A stretch of DNA of 64,000 bases from Raillietiella orientalis. Taxonomy: Eukaryota. The position numbers were made by a program, and so were the translations under genes. The notes beneath the pieces were generated by a model, which searched no databases, was not told the origin of the DNA, and saw only the letters and a list, made by a program, of their open reading frames with translations. Shown here piece after piece: positions 1 to 13,200 of the stretch. The stretch lies in contig JAYWIR010000057.1 in assembly GCA_036172245.1 (NCBI GenBank), forward strand, positions 682,001 to 746,000, in the 5' to 3' direction. The first letter of the stretch is position 1. Every line of letters starts with the position of its first letter.

Positions 1-1831
1 GGATATCGAAAGCAAACGACGAGGAGGCGCGAAGGTGGAACCGGAAGAAAGGACAGCCCGACCGCGAGCGAGGCTTCCGGAGAGCAGATCGTGCGTCTGC
101 GCCTCGCGGACGCAGAGGCCCCGCATGGGATTCGCTTCCGTGTCCCGTGGCTGCTGCTCTTGGAAGAGGAGGCGAAATGGGGAAGGGAGGCGCTTTCGGG
201 AAAAGGTCGATGCGCGTGCAGCTGGTTCCCTGCGACCTGACCTCACCCCACCCCACGCTGCCTTCAGGAGACTTCCCGTCGTCAGGAATTCCTGGATGCT
301 CTGGCCCAATCTTTCGCGACCGTTTCAGGGATGGAACTTCCCTATGATTTCTCTCGAGGTCCAGCGCGGTTCAGGGAGGAAGCGTTTTTCCTCAGAGATA
401 TCCGCGTAGCCAGGAGACGTTCGTGGCATGCGTGCTGTTCCCTGGCACCGTTCAGGAAAGCGACAAGAACGGGAGGCGGCCAAAGAGCAACCGAGAAACT
501 GCCGGCGGCTTTCCCTGAGATGGGGTGGTGCGAGGGGGGAAGTCGAGAATTCATCGATGACTTACCCGGTTCCTCGGATGCGTCAGAAGTGAGGCGGTTG
601 TCCTGGCGTCCGCTCTCCGACGCATCTTCTTCCCACCTCCAGCTCTCTCGAGCCACTGAGAGACACGAGAAGTTAGCATGTCACGTCGGCTGTCGCCCCG
701 CGAATCCCCCGCGCTGCTTTCTTCTTCCTGGCAAAAATTCGGTTCAATTTCTTTATGATCCCCCTTCCTCCGGGTGGTGGGCAGCGGGACGGACAGCGGC
801 GTGAGAAGGGCAGGGGAACGCCAGACACGGTTTAACTGATTTTTTCCTTCTTCTGGGAAGGGGGGAGGGGACAAGAGGGACGTCGCGTTCTTCACGGACC
901 CCCGAATCCCTACGGGTCGCGCGCTTGATGGAAGGGCCGTCGAAGCCCAAGCCGCTCATATGGTAAGCGGGCCCAGAGCGTGTGTGTTCGCCCGCTTTCA
1001 TCCCGGTCTTACGCACCGTTCCCGCGGCCGAATCTGGGAGTCCCTTGCTTCCTTTTCCTGGGGTCCGCGGGAGCCCCCTTTTCCCCGACAAGCCGGGCAG
1101 AGTTCGCCCCTGGAACCGTCCCTCTTCCGCTCTGCTTTCCACGGACTTTTCCGGAAGTCGGCGAATCCCCAGACTGTCGTACGATGAGCCCTCCCTTCCC
1201 GACAAAGAAGGAAATCCTGCTAAACAAAGGCGCGACTTTTTTGCCCATCTTTCCTCCTCTGCCGCGGTTCATTCCGGCTGGGCTTCCCCCCCCCCCCCCA
1301 AATCAACTCGGACGAAGGCCACAAGTGGATGCCTGGCCGAGCCTCCCCCCGCGAACGCTCCTTCGATTAACCTGAGGAAAATTGCATTTCGGTCCGAACC
1401 TCCGCAGACCGCATCCCAACACCGCCACGTAGGGGTTTACGCGTTCCAGAATTTTTTTCCTGCAAGAGTGTCTCTCGCTGGACACCATGTCGGAGATACC
1501 ACGGAAAGCGTGAGAAAGTTCTTCAAGCGAGTTTCATGTTTATCTAGATTAGCCCTTGAGTGACTTTGTCGTTCGGCCGAATTAATTGCGGCAGTAAAAC
1601 TCCCGTCATTCCGTTTATCGACGGTGATTTTATGGCCCCGAAAAGCGAGAGAGAAAGGGAGCAGATATTTATTTACCTTTGCTATTTTTGGGCTAAACAT
1701 AACAGCGAGAAAAGCCTCCTCGACTTTTTATTTTTTATTTTTTTTTTCCTGCTATATCCTCCCGTAGCATCGAAAGTTCTCGAATGAACCTTTGACTTGC
1801 GTGCCTCTCTTGCCGTTAGCAAATAGAAGGC

Positions 1832-2355
1832 GTGGAACGCCGCCGAACCGTGTTGGCTGCGTGGCACCAAGCGTTGCAGGTTCGAATCCCACAAGATCGA
1901 CCCTCCGAGAAAGGGGAGGGTTTCCTTCCCCCCCTCCCCCCACTTCAAGATGACCTTGGCTGTCTCGTTCGGGTGCGGCGCCGCTGGAATCCGGAAACGC
2001 CTGGATGCCCCCGTTGACTGACCAGGATTGGAAATTGACCCTCCGAGGCCCTTCCAGGAACCAAGCAGTCAGCTCCCTTCGGGGTCTCCCCCTCCGGTTG
2101 CGAAAACGGAGCCGTACTATGGAGATGGTTGATACCCTCCTTGGGAGGAGGTTGACTCTCCGGAGTGTTAAGAAGCGCGCTGCTCCCTTCGGGGAGCACC
2201 CTTCAAAGGAGCAACAAAGAGCGGATCCCTCCGGAGAAGAAACAGGAACGATCCCCAGCGGGGAAGTCCCTCCGAAGAGAATATATGGAGCCGTTTCAAA
2301 GATCGGACGGGAGTCCGAAGGAAGAGTCGCGCGAGCACTCCTCGGCGACGTCCAA
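1832..2355 (+). mobile_element. tRNA-head (B-box) SINE-like repeat, copy A
   Basis: GGTTCGAATCCC at 1879-1890; body homologous to 27478-28045, 35262-35968 and 51942-52625. Confidence 0.7.
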
Positions 2356-5300
2356 ACCCACTCTTCTTCCCTTTCCCTGTTTTCGCGACCTTCCTCATGA
2401 TGAGTAGGAAAAGGAAAGAAGAATCCTTTTCCCGGACGTTCCCGGGTTCCTCCTCTTCGAAGCTCGGCAGCAAATCAACATCCCTTCTCTGTTCTCCGCG
2501 GTATCGGAACGGGTCGTGCCCGGCACGAATGGGCAGTCCTTTCCTTCCTGCGGACGCCTGGACTCCACACGAGATTTAATTGACAAATTAGATCACTTTA
2601 CGAGGATTGATGAAGTGGCAGTTCCCGCAAATGATTGTGTAGTGACAGGCGGTAACAAGAGCTGCGTGCTCGCATCACGAAAATCGATCTGGGTGGCTAC
2701 TCCGCGTGTGGCGCCGCCCGCGACGACGCACCTTCCCCTCGGAAGAGATCGCCATCTGACGGTGGGTAGCCCCCGCCTAGTTCTCACGTGCGTCCCAAGA
2801 TGGAGGGACCGGGCGACCCTTGTTCGCTCTTCTCGAGGTGGAACCGGGAACATTTCGATCCCTTTTCCCTCACTGTTGGGTGGGGTGCCCCTGTTCGCGG
2901 GCGCTGCTGCCTCCGCGTTTGCTTGCTGGTCGGCAACGGGCGAAAGACGGCAGCGGAACGAAACGGACCGCTCCGACACCAAGCAATGAGTCAGCAGCAA
3001 TTCCGTGGTTTTTCCGTTCTTTGTTTTGTTTTGCTTTGCTTGCCTTTCGATGGTTTCCAGGGATGCCTGTCTTCCCCCTTAACCACGTCGGAAGTGAGAA
3101 GGTTTTTGGAAAAGATTTCGTAGTCGTCCCATTTTCACACGAGAACTTGCAAGAACTTGTGTTTTCGTTTCCATGAAAACTTTCGCAGAGAAAGAGAGCG
3201 ACGTTAGAGGTCTTCATCTTCATTTATTTTCTTCTTCTTAAGGGTGAGATGCGAGCAAACGATCAAAAGTGGTACATCGGTCCTGTTTCGCCTCAAGAGG
3301 GGGGGACGAGAATGCATTGAATTCTGAGACGCACTTCCCGAATGCAGCATCATGAGAGAGAGAGAGAGAGACGCTGCCCACCTCACGCTGTCATATCAGT
3401 CGCGGGTTCGGTCCCGACCGAAAAACCCTCGCCAAGCGGCGAATTCGGCACGAAATGCCCGAAACGGAATTCCGTCGCAGACCGAGCAGTGGTTGGACTT
3501 TCGCCCGCAGCCGTGAAAACGCGGCAAGACAGCAGCAGCCTTTTTGTTTGGCATTCCCATCCATGCAACCATCTTATCGTTGCAGCCATTCACGCAGCAC
3601 TGATGTTTGCTCATTTCCCACTTTCACTGAGGTCAGGAACGAAAAATAAGTCAGTTGACATGCTCTGCTGCTGCTCGGGCACGGTCTCCAGAGTCGCTCT
3701 TTGCAAAGGGAATTAGAACCAGGATGAGCGCTGCAGCCTGTCCATCTACATACCTCAGCACAATGGGCATTGCAACGCTTTGTCTCCTCCCCGAACTTTT
3801 TCGAGCTCGATTTTTTCCATCCTCCCTACAGCGAATGATCCGTCCACGGGATGTAGAATAAAAACGGGCTTAAAACGCGTTGCCTTTAGCCGAAGAAACG
3901 ATCCTGATGACCTCGCTTTTCTTGTTCAATACCGGCCGCTGGCCGCATGCATCGACGATGTCTTTCTGTGGTCCGATTCCAAGAAGGCGAAAGTGTTCCG
4001 TGGTGAACATGGGAAATTCGGCAAAAGCATCCTCGTCGTGATCGTCATCTCCGAGAATCAACGGAGCAAGCGGAAAGCTCTCTGAAGGTCGAAATGTTCG
4101 AGCCATCACGTCCGTCCAGCTTCTTGAAGGAAACCAGAATTGCAAGGAGAAACCATTTCTCCGCAACTGCCGGGAACATCTGCTGCCCGATGCTTCGATT
4201 CCTGCGGAGAAGAGGACGCTCGGCCTCCTGGAATTGGGGCGTTTTGCGTTTCCGCTTCTCCCGGGCTTCCTGATGGGGAAATTTCTGCCCGGCCTTCTCG
4301 CTGCATCTCCAGGTCTTGTTTCCAAGAGTGGCGCCGATGCACTTCTGACGCTGCGGTAGCGAGGAGATCAGCCAACCTCCCCTTTCGCTGCCTCAGAGAG
4401 CGGGGAGGAACTCATGGATGGTTCCCGTGATCCCCACTGTCGTTCCTACTGCAGTGGTCCTTCTGTTCTGGTGCTCTGAAGATGTGTCACCCATGATCCC
4501 GCTGACGCTGAAATGGGAAATGGGAAATGAACGCCATTTTCTTTGCCTTCTGGAAAGATCTCGAATTTTCTTATTTCATATAGGCGCTGCGTGACACCTG
4601 ACAAAACTGAGTGTGTTGCAAGAAAGTCGCAGCTCCCCTCACGAACCCCCCCTTTTTTTTTTCGATAATCAGTTGGTTTTCCTTATCCGGTGGTAGAGAA
4701 GCAAGAATATGTGTGGTACGCAGATGCAGTTTCCTTCACTCTTTCCGGCAGAATTGCATCGCAGGAGCGCCTACAGAATAGCAACATTGCTGCTGCACCT
4801 ATGAGCTCTCGCTTTCATCTGGTTGGGCTCGCTTGCTCTTCATGACACTCTCAAAGGTTTCCTAGCTTTGACTCCCTTCCGAAAGCCACGCTTTACGCGG
4901 CGACTCTTCCATCCCTATCTCGAAACTGTCGTGGAATCTTCTCCGCCGAAATACTTCTGAAATATTTGATACAACAGCAGCTTCCTCTTAGATATTCCCA
5001 AGTGACTCCACTGCACAATCTTCGAGTGCATGGCGACACGCGTTTAAACGACAAAGAAGGCATCAGAGGATCAGTTTGGCCCGGCATGGAAGTTTCCCTA
5101 GCAACGAATCCCGAAAACGGTCATTTCGAGTCTTCGGTATTTGGTGAAACACCTCGATTTCTATAGAAGTTTATGGCGGAACCACCTTGAAGAGTGCTCA
5201 ACAGCCTGCTTAACATCCACCGTCCCCCACGTTGTAGGAAAAGGAAATGCCAGCTGTAAAAGAGCACGGATTTTCATCCTCCAGATCTTTTCCAAAGGCA

Positions 5301-5444
5301 TTTCTTCGGCTTTTGCTTGAACAATGTTTTCGTGGCAGTGGCTTTTGGCTCACAATGATGCTTTTCTTTTCCTTTTTTTCCAGCGAGAGCAGGTTTTCCA
5401 CCCGGATATGCGGGGGCATTCATTATCAAAACTAATAAAAATGC

Positions 5445-6350
5445 ATTTTTTTGGTATAAAACTTGGTACTACCACGTGTTTTGAACCTGCCAAAGACCGG
5501 TACGCAGACCGGCGAGGTCCACTTCGGCAGCGAAGGGGAAGGGAAAACCGAAAACGAAAACAAACAAAAAAGAAAAAGGGAGGGAAAGTTTTACTCAGGA
5601 AATGGGGGGAAGGGCGAGAAACCGAGGAAGGAATGACTGCTCTCTGCGAGGCGTCCTCTGCATCCTGTCCAGGATGCTGGCAAGTTCGGTCCTTATGTCG
5701 CCCAGTTGAGGCTCATCGCAGAAGACTCACGCCCGGTGGATGGCATTGCTTCCATTTTGGACTCTTCTTCCTGCGTTCCAGGCCGCCACGATCCCTCGAA
5801 GACAGCAGATAACTGCGTGGGACGCAGCTGGAGGCGTTGCGGCATTCACGAAGAGGCGTCTGGAAATGTCCCTGCGGCCGTCCGCCAAGATTACAAGGGT
5901 CTTGGCGAGGGGATCCCAAAGAGGTCGGAGGACAGCATTGCCTAGCAGCAGGTGCGGGAGGGTCTCATTCACCGGGTCTCCACCCTCCCCCAGTGTGCAA
6001 TGATGAAGGCGTGCTCCGCATGGGATTCCCGAATGCAACGCCAGTAGCGCCAACCCCTGCTGCCACTTCATAAGGAGAGCGCCACTATCCCAACAGGCTG
6101 GAGGCCACTTCACGTCCTCCGGAGGGATTGCGAGCAGTTCTCCCAACGTAGAAGTCCTTTGGGTGGGACACCTGGAGTCGCAGCGACCGTGATCTCCCGA
6201 GTTGCCCACGCTCCCGGAAGCTTCCTTTTGACTGCAGTGCAGCACGTCACTTCCCACCTTGCTGGGAGGTCCGTCCCTTTCTTCCCTAATGGAGGGCAGC
6301 ACTGGGGCAAGGGATGTAGAGGAAGCCCACAGCATCTTCCGCGGGTTGCA
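5445..6350 (-). mobile_element. 3' fragment of an L1/Tx1-type LINE (ORF2 C-terminus + 3'UTR)
   Basis: LALHSGIPC...NETLPHLLL...W...IVAAWNA resembles the L1/Tx1 zinc-knuckle region; nucleotide similarity to 26790-27478 includes the 3'UTR (5485-5545 vs 26868-26930). Confidence 0.7.
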
Positions 6351-6782
6351 CACTATCTCCTGCGTGAGAGCATGCTAGGAACGATAAATTGAATCTATTT
6401 CATAAAACAATTGAAAATTCATCTCCATCCGAAGAAAAAAAAAAATTGCCATTTCTTCTTGTACACAGGAATGATTGGACGTGGAGAACTCTTGCACGAT
6501 AACCCTATTAACTTGAGAAATTCTCAAGTCGATCCTGCATTCTGATTCTGCACTTTGAAGCATTCTGCAAAAAAAACGGAGCCGTTAAGCTCTCCTCTGC
6601 AGTCGCTCTGCTCTTTTGGGTAAGAAAAAATCGTCGAGCAGCCGAACGCGGCTATAGGGAGAGAAAATGACGGACATTTCGGTATCCATCTAATCTGTAA
6701 TGGAACAGTCCTCCGAAACTTCCCCTCTTCCGAAGAGGAGGTCACGAATCGTACGGTAAATCACCAGCAATCGTTTGCTCCG

Positions 6783-7166
6783 ATGTTGTTGAAACAACGT
6801 GGTTACTTTCTAATATGTGCATACGGTCCTCCGGTCGTGAAGCACGTGCGAATCCACTCTCCAAAGACGCAGCGTCTGTCGAGATTAGACATCACGACTT
6901 CTCCGGGGGTGCGATGCGTCCACGGCTCAGCGAAAGCTGTGGCGGATGCTGGGACGAGCGCTTTCGGTGAAGCTCCCTGGTGCAAAAAACTTTCAAGGTG
7001 TTTTCACGGGAATTTCGGACGCAACCGAGGCTTCTCCAGGGAACCACCAGTGCCAGTTTGCCTTCGTACTTGCGATGCTCTTCTGCCGATCTCGAGAGCT
7101 CCGATGGGGAACGCAGCACAGCGGTTCCCAACCAGAGCCGAAGAACCGCGGAATGGCAAAGGATAA
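6783..7166 (+). mobile_element. Possible internally deleted LINE APE endonuclease remnant
   Basis: LICAYGP and SRLDI motifs, followed by G..W.K. Confidence 0.35.
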
Positions 7167-10100
7167 GGTACTCGAACCAATGGAAGGATTTTCGTCACCG
7201 GGGAGAGTAAACCTCGCCCCGCAGGAAGGCCTTTTGGACTTGGGCCCCTCCCCCTCCCCCCACGAAAGCTGGACTGCCGCCAATCTTCCGGCCTATCCCT
7301 TGCTCTCCTCTGAGAAACAACAAAGGTATTCGTTCGTGCTTTTCTCTTCCTTTCCTTTTTTTTCCGTACGTTTATTTATCTTTTTCGACCTCTTCGGTGA
7401 TGAAGCGATTTCTCTCCTTTTTCCGCCATCCCAAACAGACAGATTCCAGGGCAGTTCTGATCACATGAGCATGTACAGTAACCAGCAGCATCCCTTTTCG
7501 ATCGCCGCCTAAGCTGCCGGCGTTTTCGAAGGGAGCTCAGGGCTGCTGGGATCATTTTTGTCGGTCAGACCAGCGCTGCATCCGTCGCCAGCCCAAGAAC
7601 CGTAAATGACACTGAGAAGCAGCAGCATCAAAGGAACACGGAGATGGCTCTCAGGGTCCGCAAACCACGTCTTTGCAGCTGGCGGTCACCAATCACGCCA
7701 ACTGCAACATCGCCGCCAGTTATACCATTCGACTTCCCAGTGTTCCGAGATGGCGCTGCGCTCCCCAGTTCCCTTTCCGAGTTCTGGCACCACTGACTTC
7801 TCACCGGGCCGCTTGTTGTGCCAAAGTGAGGGGCATGCATGTTTCACATCTGAAAAGAACACGCGAAAACGTTTGTGAACACGCATTGAGGAATTGTAAG
7901 AAGAAGATGCTCAAGGAATCCTGTGATCTTTCCAAACCGACTGGCCTTGGATAGATTTTTTGATTCATTTAGGGACTATAATGGAACGCCGTATTCTCAG
8001 TCTCCTGCAGATCCATGGATGGAGTGTGAAACACCGTCCTCCTCGAGCTTGAGATCGTGAATAATCTCAGATCCTCAAAGCGAATACTGAAGTGTGACTT
8101 TCACCCGGAAAGTTTCTTATCGCATCTTCATGAAGGCATCGCAAAGGTCAGTCGAATTGCAGCGACCAGGCAGGCAATGGCGCAGCCGTTGAGCCCAGGA
8201 AGCTGTGAATTCCATTAGGAATGGGTGAAGCGTATCTACATGGCAGATGGATTCGTGTCACCGGAGGAAAATGGAGAAAGTACTCCCAAGGGTCCACGGA
8301 ATTTCACTTTTCTACAGGGTGTCAAAGTGGATGGGGCGAAAATGTGTACTTTTTCTTCATTTCCTAACCCCATACCTGTGTTTCCTAACCCTAACCTGCG
8401 TAGTCAGACAAGGGCGTAGGATAATCTTGACAGATCAGTAAACAGGACGGGAAGGAAGAAGGAAATTTTGATCAGGAGATTTGAAGATAATGGATAAATC
8501 ATTTCTGATGTTTCTGAATTTCCTCTTAGAGCGTGGATGGAGATGAATGCAGCTGCATGGATGATGGGATCACAGGGGGGGGCAGCATGAGTAGAATGAT
8601 GGAGGCGTTGTTGATAAGTATGAGAAGATCAAGAGGCACGGATCGAGAGATAAGGTAGAGCGTTTTTTTTTCTTTTTTTGCAATCGTGCTGTGAACACCT
8701 AAACTTGAGGCAGGTCTACACGGAAAGAGGAGCATCCGAGTGGTGCGGGAAGAGCGCGATAATGTGAAGAAGAGCTGCTTCGAGGTGGGTGACACCGAGT
8801 TCCGTGGAAGGCCAACACGCAGATTTGATTGTAGGGTTTGCTGCTCCCACTCCGACTCGTGGGTTCGCTGTTTAGATTTGACTCCGATGAAGGAGTTTAT
8901 GCTGTGACAATGATTTCACAAAATTTCTAAATCGCAGAAGGAACAGAAAGTCAAACAGAATTCCTTTCGGTTTCTCCGCTACTGCTGAAATCTTCCGACG
9001 GTGGATGGGAATCCTTTCGTAAGAATGCTGCAGTCAAGGTGTAGGTGTGGAAATTCTGGAACAAAATCGCTAACCAACTCCATTCACTTGTCTCGATGCA
9101 GGACTAGAGAATTTGTGATGAACGAGAAGAACACCGTGTGTGCGGTACCAAAAGAATCGATTTTCCCCGTGCCTGTGCTGAGCTGTGAAAACAAAGAAGA
9201 AACGCCACGAAGATGAAAGGCGTCCTCAGCAAACGTGAAAAGCGTGCGATTCGACTTGTAAAAGACCAATGAAAGTCTCTTAGCGCATCAGGTATGGTAG
9301 ATGTGTCGCTTCCACCGACGTTTCCTTAGTTACATGGAGAGTAATAGCCAAAGCTCACGTGATCCGTAACGTGAGCCAAAGCTCCAGCTGTCGGGTGACG
9401 TTGAGCACGCTATTCCCCGTGGCAGGACTGTTCTTCCTTTTTTGTATTTATAAGCAGCTTGTCTACCCATTTGAACAGCCACGTGGATTGAGCATGTTAA
9501 AGCCATCCAAAGACACATGAGATAGTTCGGAATGCGGAATAAATGGCTGTTGTTGCTGCTGCAAAAACCCGAATGCATGCCCAAACTGTGAGATCCAGAA
9601 CAGTTTTAGGTGGGATGGACAATAACCAATGTGTTGCACAGTGCATTTCGAGGACTACGAATAACTGGAAAAATTGAAAGCATTTTTTTCAAGAAGGCTT
9701 TAAAGTAACTCATCCGCAAACTGATCTTTGAGCGTGACACCGAGAGAACATCTCATCGAGCTGAACACACACACACACACAAAAGAAAGCACTTCTAAGT
9801 TGTAGATATCTGGATTTGAAATGCTTCATAGAAACCAATAATCTCAAGATGATGGGTGCATTCGTTCAAAGGCTGGTGCCCTGCAAAGGCTGCAACGGAA
9901 TCCTCTTCTGTTTCCTCCACACCTCAGTGAAAGAAACATCCTACAATGAAATGGATTGGAGGACATCAGGAAGCACATATCTATACGAGAGCTCCTGGGA
10001 ATAAGGAAATCACTGGGTAATACAGAGGCAGGTATTTGATTGCAATGATGTAATGTAATGCCGCCAATGGTGAGAAAGCGGGTAGGAAACAGCTATCAGT

Positions 10101-10184
10101 CGCGATGCTGAGAGAGAAGACACATTGATTACTTCAAGATAAAAATTACCTACGCTTATCATTGACCTTTCATCAAAGGAAAAT

Positions 10185-10264
10185 CATGACCATGCAACGC
10201 ACTGCTGCACGTCATTCCAAGCACAAATGTTGCTTGGAATGACGTCAGCGGTTGCATGGTGATG
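10185..10264. other. ~80-nt imperfect hairpin
   Basis: accatgcaac..gctg.acgtcattccaagca / tgcttggaatgacgtcagcggttgcatggt around a 7-nt loop. Confidence 0.7.
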
Positions 10265-13200
10265 GTTTGTTCTATAGGCCAGGCATGAAAAATGCTAAAG
10301 CGCGCATCTCTGGAAAGGGAAATTCGAAATCTAATGAAATTAGAGGTGAGCCTTGCAGCTGGATTGTCTCGGAGTAGGCAGTCTTGTGTCCTCCGTTTCT
10401 TCCAGATGAATGCCAGCTTGCTTCACCATTAAAAGCGAAGCATCAGGTGCCGAGCAGCATGCTTGATCGAGTCGCAACTTCCTCTCTCTCCAGCGAATCG
10501 CAAGCGCAGACCTCTTGGCATATCAGTGTGGGCGCCATGCCTCGCCCCCAGATCAGGAAGAGATGCATCACGAGTCGTGTGACGTGGAATTATCCTCTTT
10601 TGGGAAGATGATTTTCGGGAAAAGATCGACGATTTCCAGAAGAAACATGGCTTTCATTTCCTCTTTCATGTTCTGCTTGCGTTGCTTCTCAGAACAACTC
10701 GGATTGTTTGTGGACACGGAAGATGTACTTTCACTCAGGAAACAGCAAGCATTTGGTGAGTGCTGCGAAGAAATTTGTAGGATTCCTAAGGACATTTCCT
10801 CGTTTGTTCTCTTGGTCCTTGCTTAAAAGAGTTCACGGGATTCCAGCTGAGTACGGAACTAAAACGAAATGACGACTTGATTGGATTTTCAAGTTCCAGG
10901 TAGTTCCAGACAGGTTTCTTCCACCTGAGTCGCACAGAAGGGTCTGGGAGATTCTTTTCCATATTCTTTTAACTTTGGATTTTGGAAGCGCTGTGTCTAA
11001 GGAATTTTATCTTACACACGACAATTCATGCAGCTCAACTGAAGGGTTACCATCATTTCTATTTCCAGTGTTGGAAATTTTATAAAAACACTTAGACGAA
11101 CCTCAGGAAAAAAAAATTCCATAACTTATCTTCTCTTTCTATAGAAGCTGAAAAAGTCAAAGACCACACTTCGCAGCTTCTGTTTTGCATGTCAGCTGGG
11201 TAGATGAAATTCCTCTCCTCACGAAACAAGAACAAAACCTAATGGCCGAACTCGTTCTTCATGGAAACAAGGGACATCTCTAGCTCCAAGTGATTAAAAG
11301 GTTTGGCTCCTTACCAAGCACAATGCTGGTGGCTCCTGAACCCCTGGACAATGACTTCCTTGGTATAAACCAACTGAAACCAATTCTTTATGCTGGGAAA
11401 GAAGGAATATCGTTGGAGTCAAACGTGAGGGTCGACCTCAGTAGCATCCTTTTCTGGCAATCTCTGCAGCCGTACTGTGATTGCTCGCAATTCCTAAGTC
11501 ATTTTCGAAGCTCTCCAAATTTAGCGCATGTGAGACTAAGAACGGGTCACAGAAAACCTTGACCTGGGTCTATGCGAACCTGAAGTGCATGCAACAACAA
11601 GAGCACCCCTGGTTTCCCACATCAGTAAATGTGACAGCATAATGGAACTTCCAACTTCGATGTCAAACGAGAACGATGTTCCAATGTGATGTCACAACCA
11701 TCCTTCGTGACTCCAGACAAAAGTCAGGAGCACTGAGTCACAGCCGCTGCATCAACCGCAGAAACTGAGTTGATGAACGCGGGAGCCGTGAAACAGTGGA
11801 ATCTGTTGTGCATTTCTTTCCTAGCAACTGGCCACGTCAATTCCCGCTGATGTGGAAAGAACGTTGACGGACTCCCAAAATCTTTGGACCATCCTACACC
11901 ACTCGTACACTGTTTAGGGGATGCTAACGTCGTGGTTAACGTTCTTAGGAGTTTCTTTCATGGTGTTTTTTCGCAAACCCTGGAACTGTTTTTTTTTTTT
12001 TTTTTTCCTCCTCAGAAAGCAGTTCCAGAGTTACGCGATTGATGTGAAGAGTCTTCGGAAGATTTGAGGTCAGCAACGTCAACCGCAAACCCTTGTGTCA
12101 TTTTATCTCGAAATCTCAAGAGGGAGGAGAGTAACGAAGTAACGAAGGAATCAGATCGTGAAGGCACTTCTTTAGCCACGTAAACTCCAACACCACTTGC
12201 CTAACTCGCTCCTAGTCCTCAGTGGATATCAAACTCAGGAAAAGCTGATTTATTGCATCCTTTGATTGAACTCCGATTCTTCCTTCCTTTCTTTTTCGTT
12301 CTCTACCACAGTTAATGAATCGTCAGTAATGAGGTGAATGAACTGATGATCATAGTGTTCCTACCTCTTTTCGTTTCTTCAGGTATGCAAGACAAGGAGA
12401 GAAAGAGACGAAAACGTGGTGTTTGAAACCAAAGGGAAACTATATTTGTGTAAAGTAAATGCACTGTGCCCCCATTTTTCTATGAGGAAGACCTTGAAAG
12501 CAGCTGCTGGAGCTAGGAATCCTTTGGGCGTACGAGCTGTCTAGGAGAATGAGGTCCCACTCTGAAAGTTTCCAGGATGCAAATCCTTGCAGCAACGAAA
12601 CATCTCAAAGCCGGAGATCACACTGCAGCATTAAAGCAGACCAAAGGTGCAACTCCGTGCCAGTTGACGACCTCACTTCCGCAAGCACGTACGTGGTCCG
12701 GAACTCCGTGCACTACAGAGGTTCTGGAGTGCTCAGCAATCGGGTTATCGCTTCTCAGCCTCTTGGCTCAGATCAAAGTGTGGTTTAACAGATGTCAGGA
12801 AGTGTTTTATGACCGCACTGGACGGGTGTGTTTGCCATCCGAATGGGAAAATCAATCGGCAACGCGGAAACTACCAGGATTGCGAGTGGCGTCGGAAACT
12901 GGACCCCGATGCACGAAAATCTGCAAGCGCCACGAGTCTTTCAGATCTGAACAGCAGCACAAAAGAAAGAAGAGTTTTGAAGACTATCTGCCCGCCATCC
13001 ATTTTGCGCGCTGAAAGCGGCAAAATGTTCAAAGCGGCGTCTTCCTCACTGAATTGGAAACAGCGAGTCTTGTGCGCCCCTTTGACCACGAGGCACTCAG
13101 AATTATCCCCGTGAGTTATCCCAGGTGGCTCGCTCATCATCAGCGGATCCGAACGGCACGCTTCGAAGAATCCGCGCTGCGCCTTCCGGCAGGAAAGAAA

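Noticed and set aside
1845..1895. Possible tRNA genes at the B-box sites
   Set aside because: No complete cloverleaf; each B-box is attached to the same repeat body, so it is treated as a SINE-like head.
3870..4085. Possible exon (LILGDDDHDEDAFAEF...) and other isolated ORFs such as 12577-13014 and 24161-24430
   Set aside because: No family motif and no partner exons could be linked.
10400..11500. Additional decayed LINE remnants (also ~36050-36750, ~53200-55200, ~59060-59500)
   Set aside because: Only single, very degenerate motifs; plausible but not supportable without a profile search.
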